Position numbers and translations under genes: made by a program. This document shows positions 30,248 to 38,994 of a stretch of 64,000 nt of DNA, in pieces. Numbering within the stretch: position 1 is the stretch's first letter; the number at the start of each line of letters is the position of its first letter. Below the pieces are notes generated by a model. It did not search any database, was not told where the DNA came from, and saw nothing but the letters and a program-made list of their open reading frames with translations. The stretch is from contig JAGRMV010000001.1 in the NCBI GenBank assembly GCA_020441045.1, positions 8,167 through 72,166 on the forward strand, read 5' to 3'. The stretch is from Deltaproteobacteria bacterium (lineage in GTDB: Bacteria; Bdellovibrionota_G; JALEGL01; JAGRMV01).

Positions 30248-32118
30248 TGCTTTTCTCCTTGATCTTGATTGGTTTTTTTATTTCTTTTTTGGTACTGATA
30301 TAAAAATTTTCTTTTCCATAAAAGGGATGGATCATCAGGTACTCTTCGCAGCCATTGCTTTTTGGCTTCTTCTTTTTCATTAGGAGATAAACGAGCTGTA
30401 GATAAATTTCCTTCTTGATCATTCAAATCATGATCGGGGTGATCTTGATTCATAGCATCTTGCCTTTGATTTTCGGCATATTGTTCATCCTGTTGTTTTA
30501 GTTCATCTTCTTTTTGATCTTGCTCGTCTGAGGTAGTTTGTTTTAGTTCATTTTCGCTTACTTGTTTATCATCATCTTGATTTTTTTCATGCGCATCAGA
30601 TTGTTTTTGCTCAGAATCATTATTTTGTGGTTTGTTATCATGATCACCTTGTTCTTCTGAGCGTTGATCACTTTCTGCACTGTCTTTTTGACCATCTTGT
30701 TTGTTCTGATTTTGTTCCTTTCCATCACCAGATTTTTGATTGTCTTTTTGCTTTTTTTTCCAATCTTCTAAAATTTTTTTGTTATATGCAGCATCACTAT
30801 TGTGAGGTTCCAACTGCAAAGACTGTTCATAGGCTTGAATGGCCGGATCAATCTGGCCCATTTTTGCAAGAATATTGCCACGATTATACCAATCATCACT
30901 TGAGGTTGGTACATCCATACTATCTATTGCTTCCTGATATTTTTTCGCCTTATAATGGGCAGCTTGTTTCCATCGCTTATCTTGAAATGCTTTAGCAGCT
31001 TGCTCAAATTGATTGTTTTGCATCATTTGACTGGCCTGCTGGTCCTTGGTTTTCCATAAATCATCCCATGTCAAGGCGTATGATGCATCAACATGAAAAA
31101 AAGTTGCCATCAAAAATACCGCTAGAACAGAAAAGATATTTTTTCGAAACAAAAAAAGTAGTCCGGGGAGCGCTAATAAAACAAACCATGCACCTTCTTG
31201 CTGCCTGTTTTGAACATGAAAATTGATTTCAGATTTTTTCGAAATATCAGAATGTTCATTAAAATACTGTTGTAAGCGATCGACTGCTTTCATATCTTTA
31301 CTGATGTCAAAATATAGCCCGTTACCTTTGGCAGAAAAATTTTTCATTTCTTCGACATCAAGTTTTGCAATCACTGGATTTCCAGATGAGTCTTTCAGCA
31401 TATCTTGACCAACACGAAAGGGAGCGCCTTGCTTTGTGCCAACGGCTAAAACAGAAACCCGATATCCTTGCGAAACAGCTTTTTCTGCAGCACTTATATA
31501 TTTTTTCTCAATTTCATCTGAGACAAATAAAATGTCTCCTCGCATTTGACCAGCTTGCTGCAATAATTCGATGGATTGATCTATAGCGCGATCGGTTTGA
31601 CTACCTTGTTCCGGCATGATCAGTGTGTTAAGAACCGGAAGCTGGGCAAGGATGGTTTCTGTATCTGCCGTCAAGGGTGAGACCTCAAATGCATCACCGG
31701 CGTATACCACAAGTCCTGTTTGTCCATCTTTTCTTTGCGCAAGAAGATCTTCGATTGCAAATTTTGCCCTTTGCAATCGGGTAGGTTTGATATCTGTTGC
31801 ATTCATTGAGCTTGAAAGATCAAGCACAATAATCAACGATGAATTATTTTTAAATGAGGGTATTTCTTTGGTCTTCCAGCTCGGACCTGCAAGCGCAATG
31901 ATCAAAAAAAGTCCACAGACTCCTCCCCAAAAAAGAGGCCATAGCCGTTTTTTTTGATATTGTTGGTCCATAATATGTGGAAGTAAAGCAGGATCACAAA
32001 ATTTTTCCCATTTTGTTTTCTTTATTTTTTTGGCGTAAAAAACAAAAATTACATAAACCAAGGCAAGCAACGCCAAAAACCAAAGTGGTCTTTCAAAATG
32101 GAGGGATAGAAGATTCAT
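30241..32118 (-). CDS. Fused BatB/BatC-like protein: N-terminal TM, vWA domain, TPR repeats, long acidic low-complexity tail
   Basis: ATG at 32118 (MNLLSLHFERPLWF…) overlaps the BatA stop (ATGA). vWA MIDAS IIVLDLSSSMNATD. TPR-like …WYNRGNILAKMGQIDPAIQAYEQSLQLEP… About 170-aa tail rich in Q/D/E/K/N. Confidence 0.7.
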   Translation of the reverse strand: MNLLSLHFERPLWFLALLALVYVIFVFYAKKIKKTKWEKFCDPALLPHIMDQQYQKKRLWPLFWGGVCGLFLIIALAGPSWKTKEIPSFKNNSSLIIVLDLSSSMNATDIKPTRLQRAKFAIEDLLAQRKDGQTGLVVYAGDAFEVSPLTADTETILAQLPVLNTLIMPEQGSQTDRAIDQSIELLQQAGQMRGDILFVSDEIEKKYISAAEKAVSQGYRVSVLAVGTKQGAPFRVGQDMLKDSSGNPVIAKLDVEEMKNFSAKGNGLYFDISKDMKAVDRLQQYFNEHSDISKKSEINFHVQNRQQEGAWFVLLALPGLLFLFRKNIFSVLAVFLMATFFHVDASYALTWDDLWKTKDQQASQMMQNNQFEQAAKAFQDKRWKQAAHYKAKKYQEAIDSMDVPTSSDDWYNRGNILAKMGQIDPAIQAYEQSLQLEPHNSDAAYNKKILEDWKKKQKDNQKSGDGKEQNQNKQDGQKDSAESDQRSEEQGDHDNKPQNNDSEQKQSDAHEKNQDDDKQVSENELKQTTSDEQDQKEDELKQQDEQYAENQRQDAMNQDHPDHDLNDQEGNLSTARLSPNEKEEAKKQWLRRVPDDPSLLWKRKFLYQYQKRNKKTNQDQGEKQW

Positions 32119-33095
32119 AATGCCACCCTTCTGTCGTAAAGAACGAGGATGCATAACAATGTTAAACACATCGTACCCACAAGAAGTGGCCAATAATAGA
32201 GTGTTTTTTGTGGCCGAAAATATTGTTGTTCTTGCGTAATAGGTTCAAGTGTATCAATGGTTGCATAGATTTCTTGCAACTGACTCAAATTACTTGCTTT
32301 AAAATAACTTCCTCCGGTCACTGCCGAAATCTCTTGTAGGGTTTTTTCATCAAGCCTACTGCCTTGTCCTCGAAGCAATGATGAAAAATTGGATCGGGTT
32401 GAACCGATTCCAATGGTATAAATTTTTATATCTTCATCAGCTGCTAGCTCAGCCGCAGTCATCGGCTCGATATTACCAGCTGTATTGGCTCCATCGGTTA
32501 ATAAAATAAGAACTTTTTGCTCTGCATGGCTCATTTTTTTGATCGCCAGCCCAATTGCATCTCCTATTGCAGTTGACTGACCCGCAAGCCCTAGGACCGA
32601 CTCGTCTAAGAACTTTTGTACCGTTTTGCGATCATAGGTCAGTGGCGTTTGTACATAGGCCTGATCAGCAAAGAGGATAAGCCCTAAATGGTCTCCCTTT
32701 CTTCTTTCAACAAAATCACTTGCGACAATTTTTGTAGCTGTCAATCGATCAACCCATTTTCCCTTATGTTGAAAATCCAGTTCTTGCATGCTCTCAGACA
32801 AATCTACAGCCAGCATGAGATTTCTTCCTTTGGTGGGTATTGCGATAGGTTCATCAACCCATTGCGGATTTGCGGAAGATATCACCAAACTGATCCAGCT
32901 CAAGGACAATACGGCAAGTAGAAGCGAATTTTTTGTTGCCTTCAAATAAACATGATCAGCAGCGCTGGTAATCTGCTGATAAAAAGGCGCAATCAAAGCG
33001 GTAATGTTTTTTCGTTTTACTTCCGGTAAGGCAAAATACACCAACAGCGGCAAGGGCAAAAACAAAAAAGCCCATATGTATTGAAATTCAATCAT
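32115..33095 (-). CDS. BatA-like vWA-domain membrane protein
   Basis: 326 aa; N-terminal TMs; vWA MIDAS LMLAVDLSESM; C-terminal TM. Confidence 0.75.
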   Translation of the reverse strand: MIEFQYIWAFLFLPLPLLVYFALPEVKRKNITALIAPFYQQITSAADHVYLKATKNSLLLAVLSLSWISLVISSANPQWVDEPIAIPTKGRNLMLAVDLSESMQELDFQHKGKWVDRLTATKIVASDFVERRKGDHLGLILFADQAYVQTPLTYDRKTVQKFLDESVLGLAGQSTAIGDAIGLAIKKMSHAEQKVLILLTDGANTAGNIEPMTAAELAADEDIKIYTIGIGSTRSNFSSLLRGQGSRLDEKTLQEISAVTGGSYFKASNLSQLQEIYATIDTLEPITQEQQYFRPQKTLYYWPLLVGTMCLTLLCILVLYDRRVAL

Positions 33096-33580
33096 AATAG
33101 GTGCTTTGCCTCTTTTTTATATGTGACTTTCTTGATCCATTTTTCAACCACTTGGATAAGATCATCAACGCGGTCTAGACTTTTATTTTGATATGGCGCT
33201 GTGATAATTTGACGACCACAGCCTTTGGTAAAATCTTCGCACTCAGCCATTTTATCTAAAAACTCAAGCCACTGCTGTCCGACAAGAGAAGCTGTATCTT
33301 TGCGTGGAAATTTTGAAATGACAATTCTCCGAATAAGGATAGATAATTCCTTTGAAAACTCTGCATCATTTTTATTTTTTTCATATTTTTTGACAATCTC
33401 ATGGAACGCATTGAGTGACAAAGTACCAATATGGTTTTGTTTATATTTTTTATAACGCCATACTGCAAAAACCAATGCAACAAATAAAACCAGCATCACC
33501 CACCAACCTATTGATACTGGCCAATAACCAATCGCATGGGGAAGATGAATATCTCTTAAGGGTATTTGCTCAAAATCCAC
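33092..33580 (-). CDS. Small single-TM protein (DUF4381-like) of the Bat operon; GTG start
   Basis: 162 aa; TM WWVMLVLFVALVFAVW; sits between DUF58 and BatA as in Bat operons; GTG at 33580 directly follows the DUF58 stop. Confidence 0.5.
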   Translation of the reverse strand: MDFEQIPLRDIHLPHAIGYWPVSIGWWVMLVLFVALVFAVWRYKKYKQNHIGTLSLNAFHEIVKKYEKNKNDAEFSKELSILIRRIVISKFPRKDTASLVGQQWLEFLDKMAECEDFTKGCGRQIITAPYQNKSLDRVDDLIQVVEKWIKKVTYKKEAKHLL

Positions 33581-34543
33581 TTACGCACCTTCTTTAGGAA
33601 ATATATTTTGTATCTGTTCACTTTTTTGGAATGCTTTTTGTAATGGATGGTCATTGCTGAAAACCATCATAGTATTGATATTAGGATATGTTGCAAGTGA
33701 TCGGATATCATGAATCCGATTTTTGATAGCACTATAGTAGTTTTCAAGTATTTTTTTTTGCGAAAGATCTAGCAAAGTTTGTTCATGACCATTGCTAAAA
33801 GCATATGTTCCATCACTAGGTAAATTCAATTCTATCGGGTCTAAGACAATGGTAAGCGTAATATCCTGATGTTTAGAAAGTCGAATAATATGTTTTTTGC
33901 AAGTTTGATCCCATCCTAAAAAATCACCAAACAAGAACATTGCCGTACCTGGCTGCTTGACGCGTTCAAGAACTTTAAGTTTTTCATATAAGGTCTGGCT
34001 CGATTGCTTGTCTTGCCCATATTTATCTAAACAAAGGGTATGAAGAAAACGTAGGAAATTTTTTCTATTTTTACCCGCCTTAAAAAAACTGACGCTGTTT
34101 GCACTAGCAATCACGCCTCCGACTCGATTATGTCTTTTTAATTCGTACCATCCAACAAGGCTGGCCAAATGACTGGCGACTACTGATTTAAAACTTCCTT
34201 GGGTTGCAAATTGCATACTGGGACCGACATCAACCCATAAGTAGACAGGACGCTCTCTTTCTTCTTGATAGACCTTGGTATGCAAACGACCTGTTTTGGC
34301 ATAGACCTGCCAGTTTAAATCACGTACATCGTCACCATCCTCATACGGTCGGTTTTCAGTTAACTCAACACCTCTTCCTTTAAACTTTGAAAGCAAAGAA
34401 CCTTTGTGTTGACTTTTGATATGAAAGCTCGGCAAGTCAATTTGCTGCGCCAATTGACTGATCGCCACTAAACTATGTAGCTGATTCTTGACCGGATTGC
34501 TAATCGTCTGATGTGGTTTTTTTTCTATTGCTGCATTCATCAT
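33581..34543 (-). CDS. DUF58 family protein (vWA-like)
   Basis: 320 aa; signature …NRPYEDGDDVRDLNWQVYAKTGRLHTKVYQEERERPVYLWVD…. Confidence 0.75.
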   Translation of the reverse strand: MMNAAIEKKPHQTISNPVKNQLHSLVAISQLAQQIDLPSFHIKSQHKGSLLSKFKGRGVELTENRPYEDGDDVRDLNWQVYAKTGRLHTKVYQEERERPVYLWVDVGPSMQFATQGSFKSVVASHLASLVGWYELKRHNRVGGVIASANSVSFFKAGKNRKNFLRFLHTLCLDKYGQDKQSSQTLYEKLKVLERVKQPGTAMFLFGDFLGWDQTCKKHIIRLSKHQDITLTIVLDPIELNLPSDGTYAFSNGHEQTLLDLSQKKILENYYSAIKNRIHDIRSLATYPNINTMMVFSNDHPLQKAFQKSEQIQNIFPKEGA

Positions 34544-34551
34544 CCAACCTT

Positions 34552-35556
34552 CTATGGCACTGCTATATGTTCAAGAAGCATACTGATGACTTTATCTTTG
34601 CTGATGTTTTGTGCTTCGGCTTCATAAGAAAGACCCATCCGATGTCGAAGCACATCATGTGCCAACTCCTGGATATCATCTGGGGTCACAAAATTACGCC
34701 CATCTAACCAAGCCCTTGCCCGGGCGCAACGATCGAGGGAAATCGTTGCGCGTGGGCTGGCACCGAACTCAAGGAGATTTTCAAACTCCTTGTTATAGGC
34801 GCCAGGGTTTCTGGTGGAGAGAACGACTGCGATTAAATAGTTTTCCAATTCATCTGACATATAAACGTTGAGCACCTCATTGCGTGCCATAAAGATGCTC
34901 TTTTGTGAGAGAACATGTTGCGGATTATTTTCTTTCTGACTTGAAAGAACTTTTTCCTCTTGCTGAATACATTTTAGAATCTTTTTTTCTGTCAGTGCAT
35001 CAGGATAATCAACTTTGATATGCATCAAAAAACGATCTAGCTGCGCTTCCGGCAGACTATACGTACCTTCTTGCTCAATCGGGTTTTGGGTTGCCATCAC
35101 CAAAAAAAGCTCAGGCAATGTGTAGGTCGTTCCACTAACCGATATTTGCCTTTCTCCCATGGCTTCTAAAAGAGCTGATTGAACTTTGGCTGGCGCGCGA
35201 TTGATTTCATCTGCGAGAATAAGGCTGTGGAACAAAGGACCTTTCCGAAAAGAGAATTGACCATCTTGGGGGCGAAACACATCGGTGCCGGTCAGATCAG
35301 ATGGCAACAGATCAGGGGTAAATTGAATTCTTTTAAACTCACCTTCAACGTTTTTTCCCAGTACATTAATCGCTCTGGTTTTGGCAAGTCCCGGCGCACC
35401 TTCGACCAACAAATGACCATCTGCCAAAAGTGCAATGAGAATTCTTTCCAACATCTTTTCTTGCCCAATAATGGAGTCTCGCAGGCGATCTCTCAAAATA
35501 GAAAATTTTGCTTGCTCGCTTGATTGTATGGTATTTTCGGTCGCTGCTTGTGTCAT
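34552..35556 (-). CDS. MoxR-family AAA+ ATPase
   Basis: ATG at 35556 (MTQAATEN…); Walker A GAPGLAKT, Walker B/sensor regions; first gene of the Bat operon. Confidence 0.85.
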   Translation of the reverse strand: MTQAATENTIQSSEQAKFSILRDRLRDSIIGQEKMLERILIALLADGHLLVEGAPGLAKTRAINVLGKNVEGEFKRIQFTPDLLPSDLTGTDVFRPQDGQFSFRKGPLFHSLILADEINRAPAKVQSALLEAMGERQISVSGTTYTLPELFLVMATQNPIEQEGTYSLPEAQLDRFLMHIKVDYPDALTEKKILKCIQQEEKVLSSQKENNPQHVLSQKSIFMARNEVLNVYMSDELENYLIAVVLSTRNPGAYNKEFENLLEFGASPRATISLDRCARARAWLDGRNFVTPDDIQELAHDVLRHRMGLSYEAEAQNISKDKVISMLLEHIAVP

Positions 35557-35747
35557 GGTTACCCTTTCTGATCTACAATATGGTTTCACTTTACCTGATC
35601 AACCTTACCCGAGAATGAATCGAACATTACAAATTGTTAACTTTTTGATAGAAATAAATGACATTATGATTGAAATTACACCCAAAGAGCATTGTATTGC
35701 GTACATTGAGGTACTGTTAAGTTGACAAAGCCAATTGAGGATAACCC

Positions 35748-36428
35748 ATGAAAATACTTCTGGTTGAGGATGACGTAAAAACGCAAAAATTCATTAGCAA
35801 AGGCCTTAAAGAACTAGGGCATCGCGTCGTCACTGCAGACAATGGGCAAGATGGCCTTTTTTTGGCTTTGGAAGAAGAATTTGATGCTATGATTCTTGAC
35901 CGCATGCTGCCTAAACTCGAAGGTATACACATCCTAAAAACCATCAAAAATAGTAAAAAAGAACTTCCGGTGTTAATGCTCAGCGCACTTGGCGAGGTAG
36001 CTCATCGGGTCGAGGGGCTCAATTTGGGTGCTGATGATTATCTGGTCAAACCATTTTCATTTACAGAACTGGTCGCCAGATTGGAAGCTATCGCCCGTAG
36101 AGGAGCGATGGCTGCTGACGAAACCATGCTTATACTCGGAGATTTACAGCTCAATTTACTTTCCAGGCAAGTCAAGCGCGCCGGCAAGGATATTGAACTG
36201 CAATCAAGAGAATTTCAATTGCTAGAGTATTTGATGCGCCACAAAAACCAGGTGGTAACGCGTACCATGCTACTTGAAAATGTATGGGACTATCATTTTG
36301 ACCCACAAACCAATGTCATTGATGTGCATATCAGTCGACTTCGCGGTAAAATTGATAAAGGATTCAATTCCGAATTGATTCATACCGTACGTGGAGCAGG
36401 CTACATCATGAAATTGGATGGCACATGA
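35748..36428 (+). CDS. OmpR/PhoB-family two-component response regulator
   Basis: 226 aa; receiver MKILLVEDD…DAMILDRMLP…; winged-helix C-terminus …VHISRLRGKID…. Confidence 0.85.
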   Translation: MKILLVEDDVKTQKFISKGLKELGHRVVTADNGQDGLFLALEEEFDAMILDRMLPKLEGIHILKTIKNSKKELPVLMLSALGEVAHRVEGLNLGADDYLVKPFSFTELVARLEAIARRGAMAADETMLILGDLQLNLLSRQVKRAGKDIELQSREFQLLEYLMRHKNQVVTRTMLLENVWDYHFDPQTNVIDVHISRLRGKIDKGFNSELIHTVRGAGYIMKLDGT

Positions 36429-36490
36429 AAAAACTTTTTTTGACCCATACCTTTAGACTTTCATTGGTCTATTAGCTTATTTTTTCTTTT

Positions 36491-37807
36491 TTGGTTGCCC
36501 TGCTCTTTGTTCTCATCTATCACAAAACCATTTCGTACTTAGAAAAGGAAACCGATACAATCATAGAAATCGAAATCAATGCATTATCTGATCAATACCA
36601 AAAAAATGGGATTTATGACTTGGTTGAGTCACTCAAACTAAAACTAGACAAATCACAAGCAACTTCATCGATTTATTTACTGACCGACAGTCGATTCAAC
36701 TCGCTTCTAGGTAATATTTCGCAGTGGCCCAAATCCTATGACAAAAACAAGCAATGGGTTGAATTCAATATCATCGGACCAGATAGTGTAAAACAGCGCA
36801 TCAAGGCAAAGTTATTTTTATTGCAAGGCGGCTATTATCTTTTAGTTGGACGTAATATTGAAACCCTCAAAAGAACCAAACAACTAATTTTAGATGCCAT
36901 TATATGGGGGCTTTTACTTACTCTCCTCTTAGGACTATTGGGAGGATATTTTGTTTCGCGAGGTATCTTACAAAGGATTACCATTATCACAAATAGTTGC
37001 AGAGAAATTATTCAAGGTAATTTAGAAAAGCGCATTCCTCAAAACCACCGACATGATGAGTTTGATGCCCTGGCCGAAACCATGAACACAATGTTAGATC
37101 GTATCAATGTCTTGATGACAGGTCTTAAACAAGTGACTGATGACATTGCTCATGATTTAAGAACCCCTTTGAGTCGACTTCGGCAATCTTTAGAAATCGG
37201 CGCGAAGGAAGATGACCCTGACAAAGCCCATCAAATCATGCAGTCCTGTGTAGAAGAAGTCGATGGTCTTTTATCCACTTTTAATGCACTCTTAAAAATA
37301 GCTTCAATAGAAAGTAGCAAGCAGGCTGAAGGTAAAACGAAAGTTAATCTTCAAAACCTTATCAATGATGTTTATGAATTATATCAACCCATTGCTGAAG
37401 AAAAATATCTTCACTTTCATTGTCTGCATATGGATGAACCGATATATATTCAAACCAATCGAAACTTGCTCTTTCAAGCACTTTCGAACGTTATTGATAA
37501 CGCCATCAAGTACACACCCGAACATGGGGAAGTTAAAATAAAAACCAGCATGTATCAAGATACGATTCAATTGGATATTCTCGATACAGGTGTGGGGATT
37601 CCTGCATCAGATCTAGTGCATGTCCACAAAAGATTTTATCGCTCCGATCAAAGCAGAAATAAACCTGGATCAGGGTTAGGCTTAAGCCTTGTGTATGCAA
37701 TTTGTCGCCATTTAAATATTGAAATCTCGCTTGAAAATAAATCTGTAGGTCTGAAAGTCACATTTTTGATAAAGCGTATAAGTAGCACAAATGATATTCA
37801 TTCATGA
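36491..37807 (+). CDS. Sensor histidine kinase. Annotated from TTG 36491; the natural ATG at 36425 is followed by an in-frame TAG at 36473, so this may be a pseudogene or N-terminally truncated.
   Basis: HAMP, H-box IAHDLRTPLS, N-box …VIDNAIKYTP…, G-boxes DTGVGIP / GSGLGLSLV. Read-through from 36425 would give a proper TM1 (MKKLFLTHTFRLSLVY*LIFSFLVALLFVLIY). Confidence 0.65.
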   Translation: MVALLFVLIYHKTISYLEKETDTIIEIEINALSDQYQKNGIYDLVESLKLKLDKSQATSSIYLLTDSRFNSLLGNISQWPKSYDKNKQWVEFNIIGPDSVKQRIKAKLFLLQGGYYLLVGRNIETLKRTKQLILDAIIWGLLLTLLLGLLGGYFVSRGILQRITIITNSCREIIQGNLEKRIPQNHRHDEFDALAETMNTMLDRINVLMTGLKQVTDDIAHDLRTPLSRLRQSLEIGAKEDDPDKAHQIMQSCVEEVDGLLSTFNALLKIASIESSKQAEGKTKVNLQNLINDVYELYQPIAEEKYLHFHCLHMDEPIYIQTNRNLLFQALSNVIDNAIKYTPEHGEVKIKTSMYQDTIQLDILDTGVGIPASDLVHVHKRFYRSDQSRNKPGSGLGLSLVYAICRHLNIEISLENKSVGLKVTFLIKRISSTNDIHS

Positions 37808-38220
37808 TCAGGAACCTGTAAAGGCGCTTTAGCGTATTTTTTTCTCCAGTGATTGATTGTCTTGATCACTGCTTGCCGATGCAAAAAAGCAATAATCAAA
37901 AATCTCTTTTTAGAAAAATCCGATATAGCTAGCCCCATTAAAATTGTAAGTAGACCCTGCCCAGGAAGAAACAACAAAGCCACCCCAACAGCAATCACCA
38001 AAACTGCAAAAAAATTTCTCAACAAAAATATTATTTTTTCTGTCCATGTAAATTTTGCTAAAGGTATCGAAGGTTGCTGCAACAAAAAATAATCACTGGG
38101 AATCAAGACAAAAAAAGCTATGGTTCCAATAAAATAGATGAGGAAAAATAACGCAGAAAAAGTAAACACCTCAGTTCCATGCAAGATCATCCATTGTTTT
38201 ACGTATAATAAATGCTCCAT
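37798..38220 (-). CDS. PGPGW-motif small inner-membrane protein (YbhQ-like)
   Basis: 140 aa, 3-4 TM, …LLFLPGQGLL… motif; follows the EEP gene. Confidence 0.5.
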   Translation of the reverse strand: MEHLLYVKQWMILHGTEVFTFSALFFLIYFIGTIAFFVLIPSDYFLLQQPSIPLAKFTWTEKIIFLLRNFFAVLVIAVGVALLFLPGQGLLTILMGLAISDFSKKRFLIIAFLHRQAVIKTINHWRKKYAKAPLQVPDHE

Positions 38221-38229
38221 TTCGTATCT

Positions 38230-38994
38230 TTATATAATAGAAGCATAAACCAAAAGCGGGTAATGATCAGAAGCCGTGACGGATGTCAAAACTTGTGTTT
38301 GGTGAACCAAAATACCCCGTGTAAAAACAAAAGAAAGTTGTCGTTTACTCAAGCGATGAATATTATCAGGGCCAAAAGCAACCTCGGATAGACCCAGGTT
38401 ATGTGAAAAATCAAGCAGAGCAGACATCTTTCTTTTTGACCAAGTATTAAAGTCACCGGCTAATACAACAGATCCTTGATGTTGGTCAATAATCGCATAT
38501 AAACTTTCTAATTCATGTAGAAATCTCTGCGTATTGATCATATTTAGCATATGCACGTTGACTGTAAGCAATTCAAATTGTTGATTACCAACAGGATGAT
38601 AAGATGCAACGGCTGGCTTTGGAATATAAATCAATGGTTCCTTGTTTTTACTATGCCAAACTTGAGATGTGTTGGAGACATATATTGACCCTGTTTTGAC
38701 GCCACTGAATTTTTTCTTTTGAGGAAGATATAAATTTTTGGCCATGGTCCATTGATAATGATCGAAGTACGAAAAAGGATATTGATCATCCAGCGAAACA
38801 GATACTTCTTGCAAAAAAGAAAATGCAGGCACTTGTTTGATACTTCCCATAGTATCTATGACAACTTCTGCATTGATTTTGTTGGTATTCCAAACCAAAA
38901 AAGAAAATATTTGCTGTGGCTGCAATACAAGGTGTGCTTTGCCGTATTGATCTTTCAGGGGTTGAACCGGTTGCACAAAAAACTTTCGGACCAT
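38230..38994 (-). CDS. Endonuclease/exonuclease/phosphatase (EEP) family protein (YbhP-like)
   Basis: 254 aa; EEP-type motifs (…LNMINTQ…, …VLAGDFNTW…, C-terminal …SDHYPL…); start overlaps cls stop (TAATG). Confidence 0.7.
   Translation of the reverse strand: MVRKFFVQPVQPLKDQYGKAHLVLQPQQIFSFLVWNTNKINAEVVIDTMGSIKQVPAFSFLQEVSVSLDDQYPFSYFDHYQWTMAKNLYLPQKKKFSGVKTGSIYVSNTSQVWHSKNKEPLIYIPKPAVASYHPVGNQQFELLTVNVHMLNMINTQRFLHELESLYAIIDQHQGSVVLAGDFNTWSKRKMSALLDFSHNLGLSEVAFGPDNIHRLSKRQLSFVFTRGILVHQTQVLTSVTASDHYPLLVYASII

Noticed and set aside
36473-36475. Possibility that TAG is reassigned (not a stop) in this organism, which would explain the in-frame TAG in the kinase
   Set aside because: TAG terminates other well-defined genes in the window (HAAO at 4144-4146, mraY, MoxR, aas), so it is a normal stop here.
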